Notes under the pieces: generated by a model
What the model saw: only the letters and a program-made list of their open reading frames with translations
What the model was told of the DNA's origin: nothing
The model's database searches: none
Part shown: in pieces, positions 1-9,897 of the stretch
How positions within the stretch are numbered: the stretch's first letter is position 1
Layout: each line of letters starts with the position of its first letter
Position numbers and translations under genes: made by a program
Source of the DNA: Thermoplasmata archaeon
GTDB lineage: Archaea > Thermoplasmatota > Thermoplasmata > Lutacidiplasmatales > UBA184
DNA length: 64,000 nt
Assembly: GCA_052326445.1 (NCBI GenBank)
Contig: JBKQNC010000017.1
Span: 129,227 to 193,226 of the forward strand
Direction of reading: 5' to 3'

Positions 1-2
1 TG

Positions 3-392
3 TGGAACCCGAGTCCCACCCAGGTCATCCTGTTGGGGGACCACGAGGGGCACGACGGTCGGACGACGTACGCATCGATCGGAGGATGCTACTACGCCGC
101 CCGGCTCGCCGTCTCGGAAGCGCTCCTCCGGCTCGGTCGGCAGGCCGGGGCGACCGTCCTGCGCGAGGTGCACCCCGGCGAGATCCTCCCTCTCGGGGTC
201 TGGAACGTCCGGGAGCACGTCCGGGCGGCGCTCCAGGAACCCTCCCTGCACCTCGGCTCGTTGCCGGAGCTGAACGAGGTGCTGCGGGCGACCTTCTCCA
301 TCCCCCTCGACCGATGGCTGGCCCAGAGCGCCGTCCTCCACGAAACCCGCACGCAGCGGCGGCTGGACGACTGGCTTGGGACGGCGAACTAA
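3..392 (+). CDS. Nre-family archaeal DNA repair protein, C-terminal part (5' end outside the window)
   Basis: Frame open from the window edge; GGCYYAARLAVSE..LRE.HPG..LPLGVWNVRE matches the Nre C-terminal domain; ends in PIP-like QRRLDDWL. Confidence 0.8.
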   Translation, partial: WNPSPTQVILLGDHEGHDGRTTYASIGGCYYAARLAVSEALLRLGRQAGATVLREVHPGEILPLGVWNVREHVRAALQEPSLHLGSLPELNEVLRATFSIPLDRWLAQSAVLHETRTQRRLDDWLGTAN

Positions 393-1306
393 TCCGGGGC
401 GAAACGGGCCCCGCAGCGCCCGCAGAAGGTGTCCGCGGGGGCGCGCGGCTCGTTACAGGAGGGGCAGCTCAGGGAGGTCCGCGGCTTTCCACAACCGCGG
501 CAGAAGACGTCGTTCGACTGCATCGGGTAGCCGCACGCCGGGCACCGCTCGGACCCGGCCACCCGTTCCGCAACCCCGGTCGCATCGTCCGAAGGGCCCC
601 CGCCGGCCGTCGGGGCCACGTTGGGTCCGGGAGCGAGGGTCTCGGCCCGTCCGAGGGCGCGTCGGCCCTTGAGGGAGAGCCGAAAGGCCTCGGTATAGTC
701 CCCTCGGTCGAACGCGGCCTGGCCCTGGGTCCGGAAGCTCGCCGCTTCGGTCTTGGACCCCGAAGCGGGCGCGGTGTCGAGGTCCGCCTGAAGGAGCCCG
801 AGCTGGAAGTGGGACTCGGCCCGGTTCTTGGGAGGAGGAACGGCCGCGGGCGGTGCGGCCCGTAAGGTCGACGTTGCGACCGCCGCCGGGCCCGATGAGG
901 AAGTACCGGTGGGGGCGGAGGATCTCGCCGCCCCCCCCGGGACCGAGGAGGGAAGGGCGGAGCGTCCCCGGGCGTTCACCAGGCTCTCGTGGGCGGACTG
1001 GGCGAGCTCGTAGGAGCGGGGGAATTGGCGAAGGTCGAACGCGGCCTGGGACTGGGCGATCAGGTCCTGGGCCCTCGAGAGGTCGGTCCCCGTCCGGCCG
1101 AGGATCTGCGCTTCGCGGCGGGCCATCTCGAGACGGTTGAACGCCCGGTCCTGGATCAGCTCGGGCTTGGTGCTGAGCTCCCCGAGGATCTGGTTGCGCC
1201 GCGCCCGGAGCCGGTTCGCGAGGTAGAGGAAGATCGCAACGACCGCGACCGTGAGCACGACCGCGAGGACGATGACAAAGACCTGCGTGCCTGTGAGCGA
1301 GACCAT
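389..1306 (-). CDS. Membrane-anchored protein with C-terminal double zinc ribbon
   Basis: N-terminal TM helix (VFVIVLAVVLTVAVVAIFLYL), helical middle, four CxxC pairs at the C-terminus. Confidence 0.75.
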   Translation of the reverse strand: MVSLTGTQVFVIVLAVVLTVAVVAIFLYLANRLRARRNQILGELSTKPELIQDRAFNRLEMARREAQILGRTGTDLSRAQDLIAQSQAAFDLRQFPRSYELAQSAHESLVNARGRSALPSSVPGGAARSSAPTGTSSSGPAAVATSTLRAAPPAAVPPPKNRAESHFQLGLLQADLDTAPASGSKTEAASFRTQGQAAFDRGDYTEAFRLSLKGRRALGRAETLAPGPNVAPTAGGGPSDDATGVAERVAGSERCPACGYPMQSNDVFCRGCGKPRTSLSCPSCNEPRAPADTFCGRCGARFAPD

Positions 1307-1444
1307 TCGAACGACCCGGCCGGCCGGGGAGGCCCCTGCCGAGGATTATACTGCGTGGGCCCCCTATTTAGAGGCGGTCCCCGGCGGAGGCGGGGGGATT
1401 CCTTGCGGGGCGGACCCGGCGGGCCCACCCCGGCGGTGCGCGAC

Positions 1445-2641
1445 CTAGAACACCGTCAGCTTCCCGGTCAGGAGAAGCTTCGGGATGGTGTCGACCTTCT
1501 CGAACCAGGAGTTCGCGACCGCTTCCGCCGTCGGCTTGACCTGGGCCAGCTTGACGCCGCTCGCGGGCAGGATCTGGAGGCTTGCGACCTGGGGCTCGTC
1601 GACCGGCTTTCCGATCTGGGAGAGGATCCGGACGTGGACCTCCTTCACATTCCCGCCGGTCTCCTTCACGATGTCCCCCGCGATCAGGTTCCCGAGCAGG
1701 TTGTAGATCTTGCCGACGTGGTTGACCGGGTTCTTTCCGGCCGACGCCTCCAGGCTCATCGGGCGGCACGGGGTGATGAGGCCGTTGGCCCGATTGCCCC
1801 GACCCACGGAGCCGTCGTCGCCCGCTTCCATGGAACAGCCGGTGACCGTGAGATAGTAACGGCCGAGCTCGGGGTCGTCGGCGGTGTTCACCTGGATCTG
1901 GACCTCCCGGTGCGTCAGCTTCGTCGCCTGGTCCGCGAGCTTCTGCGTGATCTCGTCGCAGACGTTCTGGTAGGCATCGCCGTCCGCGATCTCGCGGTCG
2001 ACGAGCGCCGCCGCGACCGTGAGGCGGATCTGGTCGCCCGCGCGGTAGCCCATCACCTTGACATCCTCCCCGAGCGCGGGGAGCTTCTTCTTCAGCTTCA
2101 GGGTGAGGAACCGTTCGCTCTCGAGGACGAGGCGCTCGAGATCGGAGAGGGGCGCGAACCCGACGCCAAAGGAGGTGTCGTTGGAGAGGACCTTCTTCTG
2201 TTCGAAGACGCCGCGGAGGTCGATGGAGCCCGAGCCGATCTTCGAGTCGAACTCGACGTCGTGCTCGAGGTCGATGTGGGAGCAGATGGAGGCGACGTAC
2301 TTCTTGGCCGCCTCGATGGCGGTGTCGTGGATCGGCAGCTTCTCCTTGTTGACCTCGGTAGTCGCCCGACCGACGAGGAGCATGTAGATCGGCTTCGTGA
2401 CCTTCCCGCCGCCGAACTTCGGCTCGGAGGCCCCGCCCACGACCTGGGTCTCGTCCGTGTTGTGGTGGAGGATCCGGCCGAACTCGTCGAGGTAGAGACG
2501 GCAGAGCGCTCGGCTGACCGATTCCGAGACCCCGTCGGCGATCGAGTCGGGGTGCCCGAGCCCCTTCCGCTCGACCAGTTCCACGGCTTGGTCTTCGATA
2601 TGGACGGTGCGCAGCGGCTCCACCTGAACGTTTCGGGCCAT
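1445..2641 (-). CDS. mat: Archaeal S-adenosylmethionine synthetase
   Basis: [57 protein letters not shown]; start moved to ATG 2641 (MARNVQV). Confidence 0.95.
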   Translation of the reverse strand: MARNVQVEPLRTVHIEDQAVELVERKGLGHPDSIADGVSESVSRALCRLYLDEFGRILHHNTDETQVVGGASEPKFGGGKVTKPIYMLLVGRATTEVNKEKLPIHDTAIEAAKKYVASICSHIDLEHDVEFDSKIGSGSIDLRGVFEQKKVLSNDTSFGVGFAPLSDLERLVLESERFLTLKLKKKLPALGEDVKVMGYRAGDQIRLTVAAALVDREIADGDAYQNVCDEITQKLADQATKLTHREVQIQVNTADDPELGRYYLTVTGCSMEAGDDGSVGRGNRANGLITPCRPMSLEASAGKNPVNHVGKIYNLLGNLIAGDIVKETGGNVKEVHVRILSQIGKPVDEPQVASLQILPASGVKLAQVKPTAEAVANSWFEKVDTIPKLLLTGKLTVF

Positions 2642-2792
2642 GGGGGTCCTCGGGGTCGGCCGAGACGGGGTGGGGTTTAACCCTTGCGAAGGCGCGGGAA
2701 CGCACCGCATTTGCGTCCGGTGAAACTCAAGACCCGGCCCCCGCCGGGCCGCATCGGTCAGACCTATAGGTGGCCCGGTTCCTTCCCCCGAC

Positions 2793-3491
2793 GTGGAGAT
2801 CGCGGGCTGCCCCCTCCCCGAGGACCGGCTCTACGACCTCGAGCACGACGTCTGGTGGTCCCCCGAGGGGGACTCGGCCCGCATCGGCGTCCTCGGCACG
2901 CTGGCCGCCTTCGCCGGACCGTTCGTCTCCTTCTCCTTCCGGCCGATCGAGGGGTTCGTGGCGCGCGGCCGGAGCATCGCGACCGTGGAAAGCACCCGGT
3001 ATACAGGGGCCGTCCGGGTTCCGGTCGACACCCAGGTGCTCGAGCGAAATGCGGTGCTGCGTGAGCGGCCCCGGCTCCTGAACGATGCTCCCTACGGTGA
3101 AGGGTGGGTCGCCCGGGTCCGACCGACCGACCCGGAGGAGGTCCCCCGATACCTCGAAACGGCCGCCCAAATCGCGACCCGGCTCGAGGAACGGATCCGG
3201 ACGCAGCGGATCCGCTGTTGGCCCGCGACCCCCGACCTCGAGCTCTACGAGATCGGGATCGAATGCTCGGCGGTGCTCACCATGCTGAACGAGGAGCTCG
3301 CCAAACGGGCCCCCGGGTCCCACATCCTGCTCGTCACCGACGACCCGACGAGCCCCATCGAGATGGTCCGCTGGTCCGACCAGACCGGATATCCGGTCCT
3401 CGCCCGGCGGGACGAGGGGACGCTCCACCAGTTCCTCGTCCGCAAGGTGCCGGACCCCCAGCCACGACGGCGCCCCGGCGTATCGCGCTGA
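2793..3491 (+). CDS. Fusion: glycine-cleavage-H/LbpA-like domain plus TusA (SirA)-like domain
   Basis: GcvH signatures (LPEDRLY..EHDVW, ARIG, TVES, LLNDAPYGEGWVARV); C-terminal TusA signatures (GIECS, LLVTDDPTS..EMVRW, HQFLVRK). Confidence 0.8.
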   Translation: MEIAGCPLPEDRLYDLEHDVWWSPEGDSARIGVLGTLAAFAGPFVSFSFRPIEGFVARGRSIATVESTRYTGAVRVPVDTQVLERNAVLRERPRLLNDAPYGEGWVARVRPTDPEEVPRYLETAAQIATRLEERIRTQRIRCWPATPDLELYEIGIECSAVLTMLNEELAKRAPGSHILLVTDDPTSPIEMVRWSDQTGYPVLARRDEGTLHQFLVRKVPDPQPRRRPGVSR

Positions 3492-3555
3492 ACGGAGGAG
3501 GGCTCCCCCCAGTCGGGGGAAAGGGAGGGGAAGGGGTTCGGAGGCCAGTAGGGGT

Positions 3556-4413
3556 CTACGGCTTCTCGATCGGGGTCCGGATGAGATTCCCCCACTCGGT
3601 CCACGAGCCGTCGTAGTTGCGGACGTCAGGGTATCCGAGAAGGTACTTCAGGACGAACCACGTGTGGCTCGAGCGCTCCCCGATCCGGCAGTAGGTGATC
3701 ACCGGGTGGGCCCCCGAGACCCCCTTACTCCCGTACAGAGCGTCTAGCTCCTCGCGCGACTTGAACGTGCCGTCGTCCTTGACCGCCTGCGCCCAGGGGA
3801 TGTTCTTCGCGCCCGGGACGTGGCCGCCGCGCTGGGCGTGCTCGGTGGGGTACTCGGGGGGCGCCGTGATCTCGCCCGAGAACTCCTTCGGGCCGCGCAC
3901 ATCGACGAGCGAGCACTTCCCCGCCTTGACCTCGGGGAGCGCCTTGCGGACGTCGTCGAGGTAGGCCCGGAGCTTCGGGTCGGCCTGGCCGGGCGCGTGC
4001 TTCGAGGGGGTGACCTTGGGAGCGTCCTTCGTGAGCGGACGGTCTTCCGCGATCCACTTCTTGCGGCCGCCGTTCAGGAGCTTCAGGTTCTTCGCACCGT
4101 AGTAGGTGAAGACCCAGTAGGCGAACGCCGCGAACCAGTTGTTGAAGTCCCCGTACAGGACGACGGTCGTCCCGTCCTCGACCCCGGCCCGGCTGAACAG
4201 GTGGCCGAACGCCTCCGCGGAGAGGATGTCCCGCGCGACCGGGTCGTTGATGTCCTTCCGCCAGTCGAACAGGACCGAGCCGGGCAGGTGGCCGAGCTCG
4301 TAGTTCGCCGCGGGATCGTAGTCCACCTCGACGATCCGCACCTTCGGGTCGTTCAGGTGCGCTGCCATCCAATCGTTCTCGACCAAGACCTCCGGGTGCG
4401 CGTATGCCGCCAT
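3556..4413 (-). CDS. Two-domain rhodanese / thiosulfate sulfurtransferase (CysA/SseA-like)
   Basis: YAHPEVLV, GHLPG, LNGGRKKW, GHVPGA, active-site loop YCRIGERSS, NYDGSWTEW; start at ATG 4413. Confidence 0.92.
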   Translation of the reverse strand: MAAYAHPEVLVENDWMAAHLNDPKVRIVEVDYDPAANYELGHLPGSVLFDWRKDINDPVARDILSAEAFGHLFSRAGVEDGTTVVLYGDFNNWFAAFAYWVFTYYGAKNLKLLNGGRKKWIAEDRPLTKDAPKVTPSKHAPGQADPKLRAYLDDVRKALPEVKAGKCSLVDVRGPKEFSGEITAPPEYPTEHAQRGGHVPGAKNIPWAQAVKDDGTFKSREELDALYGSKGVSGAHPVITYCRIGERSSHTWFVLKYLLGYPDVRNYDGSWTEWGNLIRTPIEKP

Positions 4414-4542
4414 GAGGGACTCCATCCTCGCCGAGGCGCCGACGGTTATACGTTTCACGTCCGCCACAATCAGCGCCTAACATGCTCGTTTCTGCGCCGA
4501 TTCACCCCTCAAACACGAGGGTTGGACGCGGAATCGGTGCGC

Positions 4543-4860
4543 TTACCCGCGTCGGCCGCGCTTCGGGAGCGCCGCGTCGGAGATCTCGATGGTCTCCGGG
4601 TCGAAGCCGAGCTTCGCGAGCTCGTCCCGGATCCGGGTGCGGTGGTCCCCCTGCAGGTAGACCTCTCCGTCCACGACCGACCCCCCCGTCGCGAGGCGGT
4701 TCTTGAGGGTCCGCGTAGTCTCCTCGAGGTCGACCCCCGGCGGGAAGCCCGAAATGACGGTCGCGGGCTTGTTGTAGCGGCGGGGTTCGGCCCGGACGCG
4801 GATACGCGCGGTCTCCCGGTCGAGCGCGGAGAGGATCTCATCGAATTCGTCGTTCGGCAT
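4543..4860 (-). CDS. Translation initiation factor aIF1/SUI1
   Basis: RIRV...RRYNKPATVISG, LKNRLATGGSV, YLQGDHR. Confidence 0.88.
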   Translation of the reverse strand: MPNDEFDEILSALDRETARIRVRAEPRRYNKPATVISGFPPGVDLEETTRTLKNRLATGGSVVDGEVYLQGDHRTRIRDELAKLGFDPETIEISDAALPKRGRRG

Positions 4861-5025
4861 CGTTAGGTGCTCCTCACGGGACGCCGGACCCCGGCGGACC
4901 GGATTGAGGAGAAGAAAGGACGACGGCCCCCCGGCCCGACACGGACCCTACGAGCGGCTTGTTGCGGGGGGGCACCGGCCGCTCTATACCCTGCACCCCG
5001 TATGAACGTTCCGGGCGCCCGGGGC

Positions 5026-5811
5026 TCATAGTTCCCCCCAGCGGTAGAGCCGCAAGCACAGCACGACCCCGACGATGGCACAAAGCGCCAGCAGTCCCGC
5101 GTACATCGCCAGCTGATCGGGCGTCGCCGGCGTGATCCCGAGGGCCCCTTGCGCGAGCAGGGCGGCGTAGGTCGTCGGAAGGAACCGCGCCACATCCTGC
5201 CAGTACGGGGGGAGGGCCGAGAGCGGGTAGTACAGCGGCGACAGCATGCCGAGCATGGTGAAGGTGAGGTTGCCGACGGGCCAGATCTCCCGCTGGCTCC
5301 GCACCCGGCTCGAGATTGCCATGCCGACCGCCGAGAACAGGATCCAGAGCGTGAACAGGCTGCCGACGAGGGCGACGGCCCCAAAGAGCGTGAGGGGGTG
5401 GCCGTGCGCGCCCCCGACCCACGCCAGGAGGACCGTGAGGATGGCGAGCGCGGGCAGCATCGCGATCAGGTTCGAAAACGCGATCCCGAACAGGTAGCGG
5501 ATCCGGCTGAGGGGGCTCGCGACGAACATGTCCTGCAGCGAGCATTCGATCCGCCACGTGGCGCTGTCCCCGAGCACCCAGGAGCCGATGTTCTGCATCG
5601 TGAACAGCATCGCACCGACGATCTCGAGGGAAAGGAGCGAGGGCGGCGAGATCAGGGAGAGGAAGTACAGGAAAATGAACGGGAGGAGGACCGGAGTGAT
5701 CGTGACCGCCGGGTTGCGGCTGATCCATCGCCACCCGACGAGCGCGAACGCGGGCAGCGCCCGACCCTCGGTCGGAACGTTCGGGAACTGGGTCTCGAGA
5801 CTCGTCGCCAT
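5026..5811 (-). CDS. ABC-2 type exporter permease
   Basis: About six TM segments, SPLYYPLSALP..WQ...RFLPTTY motif. Confidence 0.85.
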   Translation of the reverse strand: MATSLETQFPNVPTEGRALPAFALVGWRWISRNPAVTITPVLLPFIFLYFLSLISPPSLLSLEIVGAMLFTMQNIGSWVLGDSATWRIECSLQDMFVASPLSRIRYLFGIAFSNLIAMLPALAILTVLLAWVGGAHGHPLTLFGAVALVGSLFTLWILFSAVGMAISSRVRSQREIWPVGNLTFTMLGMLSPLYYPLSALPPYWQDVARFLPTTYAALLAQGALGITPATPDQLAMYAGLLALCAIVGVVLCLRLYRWGEL

Positions 5812-5815
5812 CGAC

Positions 5816-6580
5816 CTAGGTCCCCCGGACCGTCCGGCGCGCCCAGAAGACAGCCAGCGTGAACACCGCCGCCGTCTCGATGAGGAGACCCCCGAGGGCC
5901 AGCCAGAAGTCCCCCGAGGTGAGCGAGGCCGCTCCGATCCGCGACTGAATCAGCGCGGCCGCGGCGCTCGGGGGCATGAGCAGCGCGACGGGGCGCAGCG
6001 CCGCCGGGAAGAACCCAAGCGGGTAGAACACCGGTGGCAGCACGCCGAAGATGTTGAAGAACAGGCTCGCGTAGGCCCAGATCGCCCGGTTGTCCCGGAA
6101 GAACGTCGAAAAGATGTACCCCGTGGACGCGGAGAAGAGCCACACGACCCCCGCGAGTCCAGCGAGGGCGAGGCTCGTCAGGAGCGTGAGGTGGCCCACG
6201 GCAATCGCGAGCCCGCCGAGGAGCATCACGGGTGGCAGGTAGACGACGAGGATCCCGGCCGACATGCCGAGGAAGTACCCCTCGGGGCTCAAGGGCCCGG
6301 CGAGGTAGAGGTCGTTCATCTTGTGGTCGATGCGGATGTACGCGGCCTCGTTGAGCACCCGCTGGCCCATCGTGAACGTCGAAAAGAGGGTCGCGCCGAC
6401 GAGCGCGACGCCGAGGAGACCCGGGTTCAGGATATAGACGAAGACGAGGATCACCGACTGGGTGACCATCGACGTCGCCATTGCGAGACCCTCGTGGGCC
6501 TGTACGAGAGCCTCCGTCCACAGGAAGGCCGCCGTGCCCCGGAAGGCCCGCGACGTCCCTTCGGTCGTCTCAATCCTCAT
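5816..6580 (-). CDS. ABC-2 type exporter permease
   Basis: About six TM segments, PPVFYPL..FP motif; same operon as the ATPase. Confidence 0.82.
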   Translation of the reverse strand: MRIETTEGTSRAFRGTAAFLWTEALVQAHEGLAMATSMVTQSVILVFVYILNPGLLGVALVGATLFSTFTMGQRVLNEAAYIRIDHKMNDLYLAGPLSPEGYFLGMSAGILVVYLPPVMLLGGLAIAVGHLTLLTSLALAGLAGVVWLFSASTGYIFSTFFRDNRAIWAYASLFFNIFGVLPPVFYPLGFFPAALRPVALLMPPSAAAALIQSRIGAASLTSGDFWLALGGLLIETAAVFTLAVFWARRTVRGT

Positions 6581-7496
6581 CGATCGACCGTCCTACGACG
6601 CGGAGGAACGCCTCCTCGAGCGTCACCGGGCCGACCGTCGCAGAGATGCCGGCCTGGACGGTCAGGGCCATCACCTCGCCGAGGCGCTCCGGCGACACGA
6701 TGACCGTGAGCACGTTCCCGTCCGAGACGAGCTCCCCGAACGACCGGAACGTCTCCTGGTGCGCCGCCCCGCCGGACATCGAGACCTTGAGGGTCCCGCC
6801 GACCGACCGCTTCAGGTCCTCCGCGGTCCCGCTGACGATCACCTTCCCGCGCTCCACGATGTACAGTCGGTCGCTGAGCGCGTCGGCCTCGTCCAGGTAG
6901 TGGGTGGTCAGGAGGATGGTCGACCCCTTGGTCGTGAGGTCCCGGAGGGAGGCCCAGACCTCCCGTCGTGCGAACGGGTCCATCCCGATCGTCGGTTCGT
7001 CCAGGAACAGGAGGGGCGCCTGGGTCGCAATCACGGTCGCCACCATCGTCCGCTGACGCTGGCCGCCGGAGAGAGTGATCGCCAATCGGCCGGCGACCTC
7101 GGTGAGACCCATCCGCTCGATCGCGTCCGCCGTGCGGTCCTTCGCCGTCTCTCGGGACAGTCCGCGGGCCCGCAGGTAGGTGTAGATCATTTCGCGCGGG
7201 GAGAGGTGGAAGAACGGCTTGCCTTCCTGCGGGACGACGGCGATGTACGGCCGGGCCTTCTCGGGGTGCTCGTCGATGTCGAACCCGAATACCCGGATCG
7301 AACCCGACGTTGGCCGGAGGAGCGTGGAGGCGATGCGCAGGAACGTCGTCTTGCCGGCCCCGTTGCGGCCGAGCAGTGCGATCCGCTCTCCCGGATGGAC
7401 GTTGAGGGAGACCCCGGCGAGCGCCTCCACGGCGGGCGCACCCTTCACGGGGTAGGTCTTCCGGAGGTTCTCGCTCCAGAGCGGCTCGGCGCTCAT
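6570..7496 (-). CDS. ABC exporter ATP-binding protein (DrrA-like)
   Basis: GRNGAGKTT, LSGGQ, LFLDEPT, TTHY, TLEEAF. Confidence 0.92.
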   Translation of the reverse strand: MSAEPLWSENLRKTYPVKGAPAVEALAGVSLNVHPGERIALLGRNGAGKTTFLRIASTLLRPTSGSIRVFGFDIDEHPEKARPYIAVVPQEGKPFFHLSPREMIYTYLRARGLSRETAKDRTADAIERMGLTEVAGRLAITLSGGQRQRTMVATVIATQAPLLFLDEPTIGMDPFARREVWASLRDLTTKGSTILLTTHYLDEADALSDRLYIVERGKVIVSGTAEDLKRSVGGTLKVSMSGGAAHQETFRSFGELVSDGNVLTVIVSPERLGEVMALTVQAGISATVGPVTLEEAFLRVVGRSIDED

Positions 7497-7563
7497 CGCG
7501 CCCCGCTACGCGGGACGGTCCCCCGCGGGAGGCCCGAATTTCGGGGCGGACTCCGGTGGTCCC

Positions 7564-7959
7564 TTAGTGACCGCAGCCGCACCCGCCGCCGTTCTCCGAG
7601 TTGCTGCCGCAGGAACCGCAACCGCCGGACTTGCCGGCCGCGTCGGGCTCCGGGAGCGTGGGGTTCGTGATCTTGAAGCCGGATTCCTGGAGGCCCTCGA
7701 CGTAATCGATGACCGCCCCGTCGACGAACTTCGTGCTCGTCGGGTCGACGATGAGTCGGTAGCCGTCGCCCGCGATCACCTCGTCGTCGGCGCGGGGCTT
7801 GGCGAAGGCGAGCCCGAACTGGACGCCGCTCGACCCTCCGCCACAGCAGCCGCCGCCCGAGGGCTGGGCGTACACGCGAACCCCGACTTCGGGGCTCTGG
7901 CCCCGGATGAGGGCGATTACCTGCTGGGACGCGGCGGGTCGGATCTCCACATGGATCAT
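7564..7959 (-). CDS. HesB/IscA-family Fe-S assembly protein
   Basis: GVRVY..GGGCCG, VDP.S..FVDGAVIDYVEGL..SGFKITNP, CGSCG. Confidence 0.88.
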   Translation of the reverse strand: MIHVEIRPAASQQVIALIRGQSPEVGVRVYAQPSGGGCCGGGSSGVQFGLAFAKPRADDEVIAGDGYRLIVDPTSTKFVDGAVIDYVEGLQESGFKITNPTLPEPDAAGKSGGCGSCGSNSENGGGCGCGH

Positions 7960-8142
7960 GGTCGTGGCCTCGAGGAGACCAGCGAGCCATGGGGCTTAAG
8001 CTCTGCGAAGCGAGCGCCGCTACAAACTCGCCCGGTGGGGTCAGTTTTTCGGAACAAAACTTCGGTAGCGGAGCAGGATACAAACCGTGCTGAAGTGACT
8101 CACGGCCCGTCGGCATGGCCTCGTCTCCGTGCGGCGACCTCC

Positions 8143-9897
8143 TCAAGGGAGGGGACCGCCGTTCTCGCCGGTTTCCGGAGGCGGGACCTCTTCGGGTAGG
8201 GTCGGGATCTCAGGGAACTCCCGCGTCCCGGTGAAGGGCTCCGGAAGTTCGGTGGACCGGAGACCGGGCGCCCGAGCGAGGTCCACGGGGGCCAGACCGG
8301 GGGTGCTCGTCCGCCAGGTGATCCGGGCGGCTCCGTCGAGCACCCGACGTGGGATGTTGAGCGAGCCGCCGATCCGGTGGACGTCCTCTTTCGTCAGTTC
8401 CCCGATCCCGGCGAGGATGAAGAAGTAGACCGTGAAACCGATGAAGACCGCGGAGAGGAGTTGGTACCACGTGCTCACCGGGAAGAGGTGGTAGTGGTTC
8501 AGGAGGTAGAGGACGGAGAAGGCGCCCGCGGCGCTCGCAGTGATCCCGGCGATCGAGGGCGGATGGATGTGGACCCGGATCAACGTCTCCATGAAGTATG
8601 TGTTCAAGGCGAGCGCGGCGAACGAAGAGGCGAGGATCGCGACCGACCCGGCGACGATCCCGGGGTGGATCTGGAACGGCCCCCAAGGGGGCATCAAGAG
8701 GGCGATCCCGGCGAGGAGTACCAGGATCTGGGTGCTCGTAATGTACAGCTCGAGCCGCTGCCGGCCGATCGCGTTGATGCTCGACTGCATGATCTGGCTC
8801 AGCGCGAGCGGCAGGGCGCCGATGACCAGGATGGCGAGCGCGATCGACCCTTGACCGGCATACGAGGAGTTCGCAAACACGTTGAGGAAGTTGTATCGGT
8901 ACACGACCAGGCCGACGACGCCGGGTACGAGGAGCATCGCGGAGTACCGCAGCGCCTGCCACGTTCCCGTACGGATGGATTCGTATCGTTGCTGCCGATG
9001 CAACCCGGCGAGGTATGGGAACAAGGGGGTGACGACGGCCCCCGGCAGAGATAGCACGAGGACCCGCCAGCCGTTGGCCGCAAGGAACACTGAGAACGCG
9101 CCGGCGCTCACGCCGATCTTGATCAGGAGCGGGACCGTGTTGGTGACGAGGTAGTTCAGCATCAGGCTCGCCATCAAGGGCCAGGCGAACCGGAATAGGC
9201 GGAGCCCTTCGCCCACCCGGAACGCGCGTAACCGGGGCAAGATGGACGGGAGGCTGAAGACCGCCGAGGCCGCAGCTCCCACTACGTAGGCGATCGTGAT
9301 CCCGAGGATCGTCGGGTCGTAGAACGCGACGTAGTAGAGCACGGGAAGTCGTACGGACGCTTCGACGAGGGAGGGATACTGGGCCTTGAGCGAATTCCCC
9401 TCACCGATGAACATCTGATTGTAGACCGTGGAGAGCGACCAGAGGATCGGGAGCGAAACGAACAACCCGAACGCCGTGAGCTCGGTCCCGGTCGAGGCAA
9501 GCTGGCCCCCGCCGATCGTGATCGGGGCGATGATGAACAGGAGGAGACCGACGGACCCGACCATAGCGGTACGGACCAGGAGGTACGTCGTCGTGTTGTC
9601 GGTCGCCGGCTTTCCCCGAGCGAGGAAGTAGGTGTACGCGGTCCCCAACCGCAGGTCGCCGACCCCGTTGATGGAGGACCCGATCAGGAGGAAGAATTGC
9701 GCCGTCCCGAGAAGCGCCTGGCCCGCACCCGGCGTTCCGATGTGCTTGTAGAGCAGCAGGCTGCCCGCGAAGCCGATCAGCTGGACGAGCAGCCCGGCCC
9801 CGAAGACCGCGCCCGAACTGAGGGTGAGCGAGAACGCCTGTTTCGGGACCACGACGGGGGGTGCGGTCGCACCCGTCACCGGTCCAGAAGCCACCAC
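8143..9897 (-). CDS. MOP-superfamily oligosaccharide flippase
   Basis: About 14 TM segments, DLRLGTAY, LFRFAWPL, TPLFP.L motifs. Confidence 0.75.
   Translation of the reverse strand: MVASGPVTGATAPPVVVPKQAFSLTLSSGAVFGAGLLVQLIGFAGSLLLYKHIGTPGAGQALLGTAQFFLLIGSSINGVGDLRLGTAYTYFLARGKPATDNTTTYLLVRTAMVGSVGLLLFIIAPITIGGGQLASTGTELTAFGLFVSLPILWSLSTVYNQMFIGEGNSLKAQYPSLVEASVRLPVLYYVAFYDPTILGITIAYVVGAAASAVFSLPSILPRLRAFRVGEGLRLFRFAWPLMASLMLNYLVTNTVPLLIKIGVSAGAFSVFLAANGWRVLVLSLPGAVVTPLFPYLAGLHRQQRYESIRTGTWQALRYSAMLLVPGVVGLVVYRYNFLNVFANSSYAGQGSIALAILVIGALPLALSQIMQSSINAIGRQRLELYITSTQILVLLAGIALLMPPWGPFQIHPGIVAGSVAILASSFAALALNTYFMETLIRVHIHPPSIAGITASAAGAFSVLYLLNHYHLFPVSTWYQLLSAVFIGFTVYFFILAGIGELTKEDVHRIGGSLNIPRRVLDGAARITWRTSTPGLAPVDLARAPGLRSTELPEPFTGTREFPEIPTLPEEVPPPETGENGGPLP

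Noticed and set aside
2642..2792. SAM riboswitch upstream of mat
   Set aside because: No S-box consensus seen; a TATA-like element is ~35 nt from the start.
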